DNA from: Phototrophicaceae bacterium
GTDB taxonomy: Bacteria; Chloroflexota; Anaerolineae; Aggregatilineales; Phototrophicaceae
Length of the DNA: 64,000 nucleotides
Reading direction: 5' to 3'
NCBI GenBank assembly: GCA_965204635.1
Contig: OZ242001.1
Location: 3,946,780-4,010,779, forward strand
Position 1 is the stretch's first letter, and the number at the start of each line of letters is the position of its first letter. Below, in pieces: positions 27,875 through 34,721 of this stretch. The translations under genes were made by a program, and so were the position numbers. The notes beneath the pieces were generated by a model that worked only from the letters and a program-made list of their open reading frames with translations, was not told the DNA's origin and searched no databases.

Positions 27875-28282
27875 CTACTCGCTTGTCCAATCTTCAATCG
27901 GCAGCTCGGGAAGCCGCAAAAATCCGCGCAGATCATGTGTCACGACGGTCAGGCTATTTGCCATAGCAATTGCTGCAATCTGCATATCGGCGACGCCCAT
28001 GAGCTGTCCTCGGTCTCTTAAGAATGCGTGTATGCGGCCGTAGACTTCTGCTGCAACATCATTAAAGGGCAAGCTGGGAAAGTAGGAAAAGAACTCTTCC
28101 TGCTCCTGCCGATACACTGCGGGCGACTGCCGACGGTACGAACCGGCATACATTTCCGCTTTGGAAATCGCGCTGATGGCAACGCCGGTACTTTGATGCC
28201 GCAGGCGCACTCTATCGAATAGCTGCGGATATCTTCCGCTGATGCAATAGATGCAGATGTTCGTATCGAGCAGGTATCTCAT
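27875..28282 (-). CDS. vapC: PIN-domain ribonuclease toxin VapC
   Basis: 135-aa ORF. MRYLLDTNICIY N-terminus and conserved acidic residues (...SKAEMY..., ...GVADMQIAAIAMANSLTVVTHD...) of VapC-type PIN domains. Confidence 0.85.
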   Translation of the reverse strand: MRYLLDTNICIYCISGRYPQLFDRVRLRHQSTGVAISAISKAEMYAGSYRRQSPAVYRQEQEEFFSYFPSLPFNDVAAEVYGRIHAFLRDRGQLMGVADMQIAAIAMANSLTVVTHDLRGFLRLPELPIEDWTSE

Positions 28283-28288
28283 CCAGCA

Positions 28289-28597
28289 TCAAAACACATA
28301 CTTCCAGACACCGTGATCAACTTCCCGCATCACAATTAGCGCCGGATCATCCTCAAAGGTGCCAAAGCCTAACTCATCAGCCATCCACACAGGCATGCGG
28401 CGGTAAAATTCCAACTCGATTTCGCGGGGCAACTGCTTCAAGCCTTCGCGCGTCAGCGGCAAACTCTGGTTGTGCTCCTCGCAGAAAGCACAGAAGTCGG
28501 CGTCGGCCTTGCGCGTGCCATTCTGATGCACAGTCCAATTGAACTCTTTGCGCTTGTGCATTGTCGCGCTGCTTTCAATCTCCCAGAGTACGAACAT
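28289..28597 (-). CDS. hypothetical protein in antitoxin position upstream of vapC (non-canonical)
   Basis: ORF 28289..28624 (TTG). Alternative starts are ATG 28597 or 28561, so the start is uncertain. Stop lies 6 nt before the vapC ATG. No AbrB/RHH/Phd-like N-terminus recognisable (…HKRKEFNWTVHQNGTRKADADFCAFCEEHNQ…). Confidence 0.45.
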   Translation of the reverse strand: MFVLWEIESSATMHKRKEFNWTVHQNGTRKADADFCAFCEEHNQSLPLTREGLKQLPREIELEFYRRMPVWMADELGFGTFEDDPALIVMREVDHGVWKYVF

Positions 28598-28647
28598 CCT
28601 AGCGAAAACTCTGCTAGCTGTCAAACCTGTCCGCGCCAGTGCTTACA

Positions 28648-28741
28648 TAGGCGTGACGGCGGCGGGATTGCCGAGGCGCCGCATGACGTCCCCGCGCCAT
28701 TGATCCGGGTTGAAGATGATGATGTGAGTTTGCCTGGGCAT
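28648..28741 (-). pseudogene. duplicated 5' fragment of the sulfatase gene (first ~31 codons only)
   Basis: 28651-28723 is ~95% identical by eye to 27759-27831. It reads MPRQTHIIIFNPDQWRGDVMRRLGNPAAVTP and then homology ends. Confidence 0.75.
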
Positions 28742-28764
28742 TGGCGCATACCTTCCGGACTGCT

Positions 28765-29178
28765 CTAGTTCGTCGAAGCCAGCGTCCAGTCCTCGATTAT
28801 GAGGTCAGGCACCCGGCTGAAGTGGCGAGTATTGTGGGTGACGAGGGTCAAATTGTGTACAAGAGCGATGGCGGCGATCTGTGTATCAAGTGGTCCGATA
28901 CTCATTCCGCGACTTTTCAAAAGACCGTCAATTCGTCCGTATTCATTGGCGGCAGCATCGTCAAAGGGCAGACTAGCGAAACGCGCAAAGAAACTTTCCT
29001 GAGAAGCTCGGGTTTGCGAGGGCTGCTCACTTCGGGCAGCGCCAGAATACATTTCGGCTATGGTAATCGTACATATTGCTACTTCTGAATCTCGTATAGA
29101 CTGTAAGCGTCGGCTCACCCGCGGCTCGCGTCCACTCAGAACATAAACGCAAGAATCAGTGTCAAGGAGATATTCCAC
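28765..29178 (-). CDS. vapC: PIN-domain ribonuclease toxin VapC
   Basis: 137-aa ORF. MEYLLDTDSCVYVL, ...TIAEMYSG..., ...GPLDTQIAAIALVHNLTLVTHNTRHF. Paralogous to 27875..28282 at a moderate level. Confidence 0.85.
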   Translation of the reverse strand: MEYLLDTDSCVYVLSGREPRVSRRLQSIRDSEVAICTITIAEMYSGAARSEQPSQTRASQESFFARFASLPFDDAAANEYGRIDGLLKSRGMSIGPLDTQIAAIALVHNLTLVTHNTRHFSRVPDLIIEDWTLASTN

Positions 29179-29187
29179 TCGGTTATC

Positions 29188-29454
29188 TTACCCGACCTTA
29201 GAGTCGTCATGCTGTTCGCGTTCTAATGTGAATTCTGGCAAACTGCCGAAACTGCGGTCGACAAACTCTTCCCAAGATATGTCTTTATACTCTTCCTGTC
29301 TTATGCCGTATTGTAGCGCTCTGCTTAGGTACTCCAAGAGTTTCGCTTTTTCCTCCAGAGTCAGCTTATGCATCGCTTGCACAACATCCATCAGCGCGCT
29401 CTCCGACCCGGCCACTGCTACGTCAGATGCTTTGTTCTTCACCAAATCAGCCAT
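29188..29454 (-). CDS. putative antitoxin of the downstream VapC (helical addiction-module-component-like)
   Basis: 88-aa ORF ending 9 nt before the vapC ATG. LTLEEKAKLLEYLSRAL resembles the short helical 'putative addiction module component' type of antitoxin. Assignment rests mainly on position. Confidence 0.55.
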   Translation of the reverse strand: MADLVKNKASDVAVAGSESALMDVVQAMHKLTLEEKAKLLEYLSRALQYGIRQEEYKDISWEEFVDRSFGSLPEFTLEREQHDDSKVG

Positions 29455-29581
29455 GTCCTATGTCCTTTCCATCGCGCCACTCAACGCTGCCGAATCCTTA
29501 CTTTGCTACGGTCAATGGCGATCCAATTATAACTTGGCGTGATTTGCATACCAAGATCTGAGAAACAGCAAGGACTGTGGT

Positions 29582-30700
29582 CTACAGCAAATCCCCCGGC
29601 AGAGGAGAGAATTCCGCATCGTAACCAAAGGCTCTCGGACCCACCACCGACAGCGCTTCAGGCGTCTTGAGTTCTTTGGGCGCCGGCATGGCCAGAACCG
29701 CCACGCGCAAGCCATAACGCAGGGACTCGGTGCCGATGGGCTCGCCGTCATCGAGCGTGACAAGCGTGAGCAAGTCGGGTACGGTGCAAAGCACTTCCCC
29801 GTTGCTGCGGGCGATCAGGTTTTCGTTCTGGAAGTCGATTTCGAGTTGCGCTACCCCCCTCGGTCCCCCCATTGCAATGGGGGGAGGCTGAATGGGATTA
29901 AAGGCGCTAATGACGAGCTTGCCGCGGGCGAAGCCTTGGACGGTGCGCCGCTCGACATCGATGATTTTGCCGGTGAAAAGCACCTTGCCGTTGCAAAGCG
30001 CGGCCACGGTCTCGGCCGGGTCGACGCTGCGGGCGCGGCAGTCCAGCACAGTCTCGCCGATGCGTTTGGCCAAGCTTACTGTATCGCGGATGACTGTTCC
30101 TTTGAGTTCGGCGCCGGTCATCACCGGCATGACAAGGGCGGCCGACCCGCCCATCTCGATGGTCATGCTGCGGGCGAATTCTTCCGCTTGTTTGGCCGAG
30201 CCAATCCGTGTGAAGATCGAGACATTGCCATGGGAATCGGCCAGGACGAAGGGCGCGGGAGCGACGCCGTAGATCATGAAGGTATCCATATCCAGCTCAG
30301 GGAAGGCGCGGCCCATGCCATCGCCATCCACGACCGGCAAGCCGAGTTGCAGCGCCGCGACCATCGGGCCCAGCGCATTGCCGCCGCCGATCTCGCCGAT
30401 GACGATGGCATAGATCTTGCGCCGCAGGTGCGCTTCCAAGGCGCGGACGGCGGTCGCGATCTCGTTGCCGGCTTGCAGCTTTTCGTTGCTGACCGTCGGC
30501 GCGCCCATGCCGCCGACGGCGCAGACCAGCGCGTCATCCGGCACATCGTCGGCTTGCACGACCTGCACGTTGCGTCCCTGCTTGCGGATTTCGTTCTCGA
30601 GCCGCAGGCGGTTGAGATAGGTGCTGCCGCCGCCGCCGGTGCCCAGAACGCCGGCGCCGATTGCGATGGCCTGTGTGTCATTTAGGGTGACTTGCTTCAT
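29582..30700 (-). CDS. DUF917-family protein (paralog d, divergent subfamily)
   Basis: 372-aa ORF. N-terminal IAIGAGVLGTGGGGSTYL glycine motif, GGMGAPTV, DGDGMGRAFPEL and C-terminal RYGLRVAVLAMP are collinear with the four other paralogs. Contains the 32-nt palindromic element in frame. Confidence 0.75.
   Translation of the reverse strand: MKQVTLNDTQAIAIGAGVLGTGGGGSTYLNRLRLENEIRKQGRNVQVVQADDVPDDALVCAVGGMGAPTVSNEKLQAGNEIATAVRALEAHLRRKIYAIVIGEIGGGNALGPMVAALQLGLPVVDGDGMGRAFPELDMDTFMIYGVAPAPFVLADSHGNVSIFTRIGSAKQAEEFARSMTIEMGGSAALVMPVMTGAELKGTVIRDTVSLAKRIGETVLDCRARSVDPAETVAALCNGKVLFTGKIIDVERRTVQGFARGKLVISAFNPIQPPPIAMGGPRGVAQLEIDFQNENLIARSNGEVLCTVPDLLTLVTLDDGEPIGTESLRYGLRVAVLAMPAPKELKTPEALSVVGPRAFGYDAEFSPLPGDLL
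29854..29885. repeat. 32-nt C6/G6/G6 palindromic element, copy inside a CDS
   Basis: CCCCCCTCGGTCCCCCCATTGCAATGGGGGGA. Encodes PPPIAMGGPRGV in DUF917 paralog d. Confidence 0.7.
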
Positions 30701-30886
30701 GGCTTGGTGAACTTGCTCATGTCAGTATGGGGAGTCCATTTCGATCCGTCGGGGAGTGTAGTTTCCTGACCGTATTTCGGGTATGCCAAATCCGCACACT
30801 TAGGATTTGCGGGTGTCAAATCCGCCGGATTTTTTCTCAGTAACACCAAGTAAGTCATGCGAAATTCAGCATAAGGTCGATATGTA

Positions 30887-30947
30887 GGGGCGACACTGTG
30901 TGTCGCCCAAGAATCCGCGCTTGCGTCGGCGGGCGACCGAATCGCCC
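30887..30947. repeat. REP-type hairpins (GTAG-headed)
   Basis: GTAGGGGCGACACTGTGTGTCGCCC and GGGCGACCGAATCGCCC. The same module is seen at 52626-52690 and inverted at 4902-4923. Confidence 0.7.
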
Positions 30948-31005
30948 CTGCAAAGTCCCATTATTTTCGCATCAATTTATCGGAACCACTTCTGTGCCTC
31001 TATTC

Positions 31006-31180
31006 CTCAGTAAGCGCAAATTAGCCGCGCAAAATCTGATTGGCATTTTGAAGTAACAGAGGGCGAGCCACCGGCTCGCCCGTACATCGAGTCTCCTATT
31101 ATGCCGTAGGGACAAGCCTTGGCTCGCCCGAATGTATGTCGCGAAAGACAATGCGCATTTTTTCAATTTCTTACTTGCGT
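31006..31180 (-). mobile_element. MITE-like composite repeat (copy 5, inverted)
   Basis: CTCAGTAAGCGCAAA...GGGCGAGCCACCGGCTCGCCCGTACA...GCCGTAGGGACAAGCCTTGGCTCGCCC...ATGCGCATTTTTTCAATTTCTTACTTGCG. Collinear reverse complement of copies at 3115, 18886 and 25253. Confidence 0.5.
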
Positions 31181-31204
31181 ATGCTTTTGCGCCTCTGTGG
31201 TGAA

Positions 31205-32284
31205 TCAAGCAAATCGCTCCTCGACAGGCACATAATCCACATCGTAGCCGAAATAGCGCGGGTGGACGAGAGCCAGCGCCGCTGGCGTCCGCCATTGCGG
31301 CGCGCAGGGAATGGCGATGACGGCGACGCGCATGCCGTAGCGCAGCGCCTCAGTTGTGATGGGCCGGGCGGTTTCGCTGTCCAAGACGGCAATCAGATCG
31401 GGCGTGGTGGCGACGAATTCGCCGTCGACGCGGACGACGAGATGTTCATTCTGAAACTCGAGCATCAGCTCCTTCCCTTCAAAGTCAGCGATGCCTTCCA
31501 TCGTCGCGCCACCGCGGGCGAAACCCGTAACTACGCGCCGATCGACATCGGAGATTTTGCCGCGAAATACGAGAAATCCGCCGACGGATCGCCGCAGGGC
31601 ATCGACCGGATCGGTCTCCGTCAAGCGGGCTTGGCGCAGGGTCTTGCCAATCTCCTCCGCCAGGGTGATTGTGCCCGGGATGGCCGTTTGCTTTAGCTGG
31701 CGTACAGTCGCCGAATATAGCGCTATCGCGCCGGTCGCCCCCATGTGCATGACGCATGAGCGGGCGAAGGTCTCCACCCACTTGTTGCTTACGGCGTTCA
31801 TCAGCAGGGTGTTGCCGCGTTCGTCGCTCATCACAAAGGGACTGGCCTGGATCCCGCCGGCCGTCATTACGGTCATTTGGATCTCGGGGAAGGCGCGGCC
31901 CATGCCGTCGCAATCGACGACCGGGATGCCCAGACGGGCGCCGACATAAATCGGCCGGATGGAGTTCATGCCGCCGGCTTCAATACTCATGGTGGCGCGC
32001 GGCGCTCGCCCCAAGAATTTGCCCAGCGCATGGAAGGCGCGGATGACATCGTGGCCTGCCGGCAGTTTTTCCACAATGACGGTGGGCGCGCCCATGCCGG
32101 CGGTTGGCACGATCAGGTCATCGTCGTCCAGTTCTTCTAGCTGGTAGAGCGCGACCGGCCCATATTGCCGAATCGCTTCCCGCGCCATCAGTTTGCCGAT
32201 GTACGGGTCGCTGCCACCGCCCGAGCCCAGCACCGCCGCGCCGATTGCTATGTCTTCAATATTGGCTTCGTCCAGCAGTCGCAC
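31205..32284 (-). CDS. DUF917-family protein (paralog c)
   Basis: 359-aa ORF, GTG start at 32284. IAIGAAVLGSGGGSDPYIGKLMAREAIRQYGP, VDCDGMGRAFPEIQM. Roughly two-thirds identical by eye to paralogs a and b. Confidence 0.8.
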   Translation of the reverse strand: MRLLDEANIEDIAIGAAVLGSGGGSDPYIGKLMAREAIRQYGPVALYQLEELDDDDLIVPTAGMGAPTVIVEKLPAGHDVIRAFHALGKFLGRAPRATMSIEAGGMNSIRPIYVGARLGIPVVDCDGMGRAFPEIQMTVMTAGGIQASPFVMSDERGNTLLMNAVSNKWVETFARSCVMHMGATGAIALYSATVRQLKQTAIPGTITLAEEIGKTLRQARLTETDPVDALRRSVGGFLVFRGKISDVDRRVVTGFARGGATMEGIADFEGKELMLEFQNEHLVVRVDGEFVATTPDLIAVLDSETARPITTEALRYGMRVAVIAIPCAPQWRTPAALALVHPRYFGYDVDYVPVEERFA

Positions 32285-32361
32285 TAACGGCCCCCATCCC
32301 TAGACCTCCCGCACAAGGAGGGAGGGGAATCAGCTTCTATTTCAGCGGATATTGCAGCATT

Positions 32362-32432
32362 GGGCCAGCCAAGGCTGACCCCTACATGGTTCACAATATG
32401 TCTGAATTGTAGGGGCGAGCCTTGGCTCGCCC
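32362..32432. repeat. two REP-type hairpins
   Basis: GGGCCAGCCAAGGCTGACCCCTAC and GTAGGGGCGAGCCTTGGCTCGCCC between DUF917 paralogs b and c. Confidence 0.7.
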
Positions 32433-32445
32433 ACCGCAGGTAAAC

Positions 32446-33528
32446 TCAAGCGCCGAAGCGCTCCTCGACCGGCACATAATCGACATCGTAGCCGAAGTAG
32501 CGCGGGTGAGCGAGTTCGAGGGCGGCCGGCAACCGCCATTGCGGCGCGCAGGGAAAAGCGATGACGGCGACGCGCATGCCATAGCGCAGCGCCTCGGTTG
32601 TGATCGGCTCGCCGGTTTCGCCATCCAGCACGGCGATGAGATCGGGCACGGTGGCGGCGAACTCGCCATCGACGCGGGCTGCCAGGTGCTCGTTTTGGAA
32701 ATCGAGGGACAGCGTCCGCCCTTCAAAGTCTTCGATGCCGGCCATTGTGGCGTCGCCGCGGTTCCAGCCGCCTTCGATGCGCCGGTCGACATCGGTGATC
32801 TTGCCGCGAAAGAGCAGGAAGCCGCCGACAGCCGCGCGCACGGCATCGACTGGATTGGCTTCGTCGCGCCGGGCCAGGCGCACCGTTTTGCCGATGTCCT
32901 CGGCGAGCGTGATCGTGCCGTGAATCGCCGCCTCCTTGAGCTGTTTCACGGTCGCCGAGTAGAGCGCGATCATGCCTTCGGCGCCCATGTGCACGACGCA
33001 GGAGCGGGCGAAAGTCTCCACCCAGTGATTGCTGACGGTGTCCATCAGCAGCACATTGCCCCGTTCATCGGACATGGCGAAGGGGCTGGCGGTGATGCCG
33101 TGGGCGGTGAATATCGTCATCTGGATCTCGGGGAAGGCGCGGCCCATGCCATCGCAATCGACCATGGGGATGCGCAGCCGGGCGGCGACATAAATCGGCA
33201 TGACCGAGTTGAGACCGCCGGCTTCAATGCTCATGGTGCCGCGCGGCTCTCGACCGGAATATCGGCCCAGCGCCTCAAAGGCGCGTATCATGTCATCGCC
33301 GGCCGGCAGCTTCTCCACAATCACGATAGGCGCGCCCATGCCGGCAGCCGGCACGATCAGGTCGTCGTCATCGAGCTCGTCCAGCGTGTAAAGTTCAACC
33401 GGGCCGTATTGCCTGATGGCTTCGCGCGCCATCAGTTTGCCGACGTAGGGATCGCCGCCGCCACCGGTACCCAGCACGGCGGCGCCCAGGGCGATGTCTT
33501 CAATGTTTTCTTCGTGCAGCAGTCGCAT
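32446..33528 (-). CDS. DUF917-family protein (paralog b)
   Basis: ORF 32446..33597. Start placed at the second ATG of ATGATG (33528; MRLLHEENIEDIALGAAVLGTGGGGDPYVGK), with AAGGAAG upstream. Confidence 0.8.
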   Translation of the reverse strand: MRLLHEENIEDIALGAAVLGTGGGGDPYVGKLMAREAIRQYGPVELYTLDELDDDDLIVPAAGMGAPIVIVEKLPAGDDMIRAFEALGRYSGREPRGTMSIEAGGLNSVMPIYVAARLRIPMVDCDGMGRAFPEIQMTIFTAHGITASPFAMSDERGNVLLMDTVSNHWVETFARSCVVHMGAEGMIALYSATVKQLKEAAIHGTITLAEDIGKTVRLARRDEANPVDAVRAAVGGFLLFRGKITDVDRRIEGGWNRGDATMAGIEDFEGRTLSLDFQNEHLAARVDGEFAATVPDLIAVLDGETGEPITTEALRYGMRVAVIAFPCAPQWRLPAALELAHPRYFGYDVDYVPVEERFGA

Positions 33529-33563
33529 CATTCTTCCTTTTCCGTGGCCCTCATTCGGCTTGC

Positions 33564-33584
33564 GGGCGACCCACCGGGTCGCCC
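33564..33584. repeat. REP-type hairpin
   Basis: GGGCGACCCACCGGGTCGCCC followed by CTAC, between DUF917 paralogs a and b. Confidence 0.7.
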
Positions 33585-33638
33585 CTACCAACGTCAAATT
33601 TCAACTATCCGGTAGGGTTCAGCCGGTGGCTGTCCCGC

Positions 33639-34721
33639 TCAAGCGCCGTATCGTTCTTCGACCGGGACATATTCAGCGTCGTAGCCAAAATAAGCCGGTC
33701 CGACGATTTCCAGTCCCTTGGCTGTGCGCCATTTGTCGGCGCAGGGGATGGCGATAATGGCGACGCGGAAGCCGTAGCGCAATGCCTCGGTCGTGATCGG
33801 TTCGCCCGTATCTACATCCAGCACGGCCAGCAGATCAGGCACGGTCACTTTGAATTCCCCATCGATGCGCGCGGCCAGGTGTTCGTTCTGGAAGCTCAAC
33901 TGGAGCTTCTGCCCGGCGTATTCGTCGATGCCATCGATGAAGGCGTCGCCTTTGGCGAAGCCGGCCTCGGTGCGGCGTTCCACATCGCCGATTTTGCCTT
34001 TGAATATCAGGAAGCCGCCGACCGCCTCGCGGATGGTTTCCACCGGTTCATCTTCTTCCAGCCGGGCGCGGCGCACCACTTTGCCGATCTCCTCGGCCAG
34101 CGTGATCGTGCCCGGGATGGCGGCTTCGCGCAATTCGGCCGCGGTGGCGGCGTAAAGGGCGATCATCGCCATCGCGCCCATATTGACGGTGACGCTGCGG
34201 GCGAATGTCTCCGTCCACAAATTGCTGATCGTCTCCATCAGCACGGTGTTGCCGCGCTCATCGGACATGGCGAAGGGCGTCGAGGAGATGCCGTGGATCG
34301 TGTGCGTGACCATCTGGAGCTCGGGGAAAGCGCGGCCCATGCCATCGCAATCGACCATGGGCACGCGCAGGCGGGCGGCGCAATAGATCGGCACGACCGA
34401 GTTCAAGCCGCCGGCTTCAATACTCATCGTCGCCTTCACCGGCTGCCCGATGTACTTGCCCACCGAAAGGAAGGCGTTGACGATATCATCGCCGTTTGGC
34501 ACTTTCTCGACCATGACGGTCGGCGCGCCCATCATCGCCGTTGGCACGACCAGATCGTCGTCGTCAAGTTCGTCGAGGCTGTAAAGCTCGACCGGGCCAT
34601 AATCTCGGATGGCTTGCCGCGCCATCAATTTGCCGATGTAGGGGTCGCCGCCGCCGCCCGTGCCCAGGACGGCCGCGCCCAGCGCCAGATCTTCCAGGAC
34701 CGCTTCGTCAATGATTCGCAT
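33639..34721 (-). CDS. DUF917-family protein (paralog a)
   Basis: ORF 33639..34958. True start ATG 34721 (MRIIDEAVLEDLALGAAVLGTGGGGDPYIGK) overlaps the hydantoinase TAA as TAATG. GGAGG sits 6 nt upstream. Confidence 0.8.
   Translation of the reverse strand: MRIIDEAVLEDLALGAAVLGTGGGGDPYIGKLMARQAIRDYGPVELYSLDELDDDDLVVPTAMMGAPTVMVEKVPNGDDIVNAFLSVGKYIGQPVKATMSIEAGGLNSVVPIYCAARLRVPMVDCDGMGRAFPELQMVTHTIHGISSTPFAMSDERGNTVLMETISNLWTETFARSVTVNMGAMAMIALYAATAAELREAAIPGTITLAEEIGKVVRRARLEEDEPVETIREAVGGFLIFKGKIGDVERRTEAGFAKGDAFIDGIDEYAGQKLQLSFQNEHLAARIDGEFKVTVPDLLAVLDVDTGEPITTEALRYGFRVAIIAIPCADKWRTAKGLEIVGPAYFGYDAEYVPVEERYGA

Noticed and set aside
27875-29580. Integron-like cassette array (small promoterless genes in series next to the sulfatase)
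   Set aside because: No attC-like imperfect inverted repeats and no intI gene were recognised. The genes are ordinary TA pairs with their own SDs.
32285-32335. G/C-run hairpin CCCCCATCCCTAGACCTCCCGCACAAGGAGGGAGGGGAAT upstream of DUF917 paralog c, as a possible eighth copy of the C6/G6/G6 element
   Set aside because: The run structure and central box differ (CCTCCC...GGGAGG stem, no ATTGCAAT core). I cannot align it convincingly to the 32-nt consensus. It may be a distant relative, so it is left uncounted.
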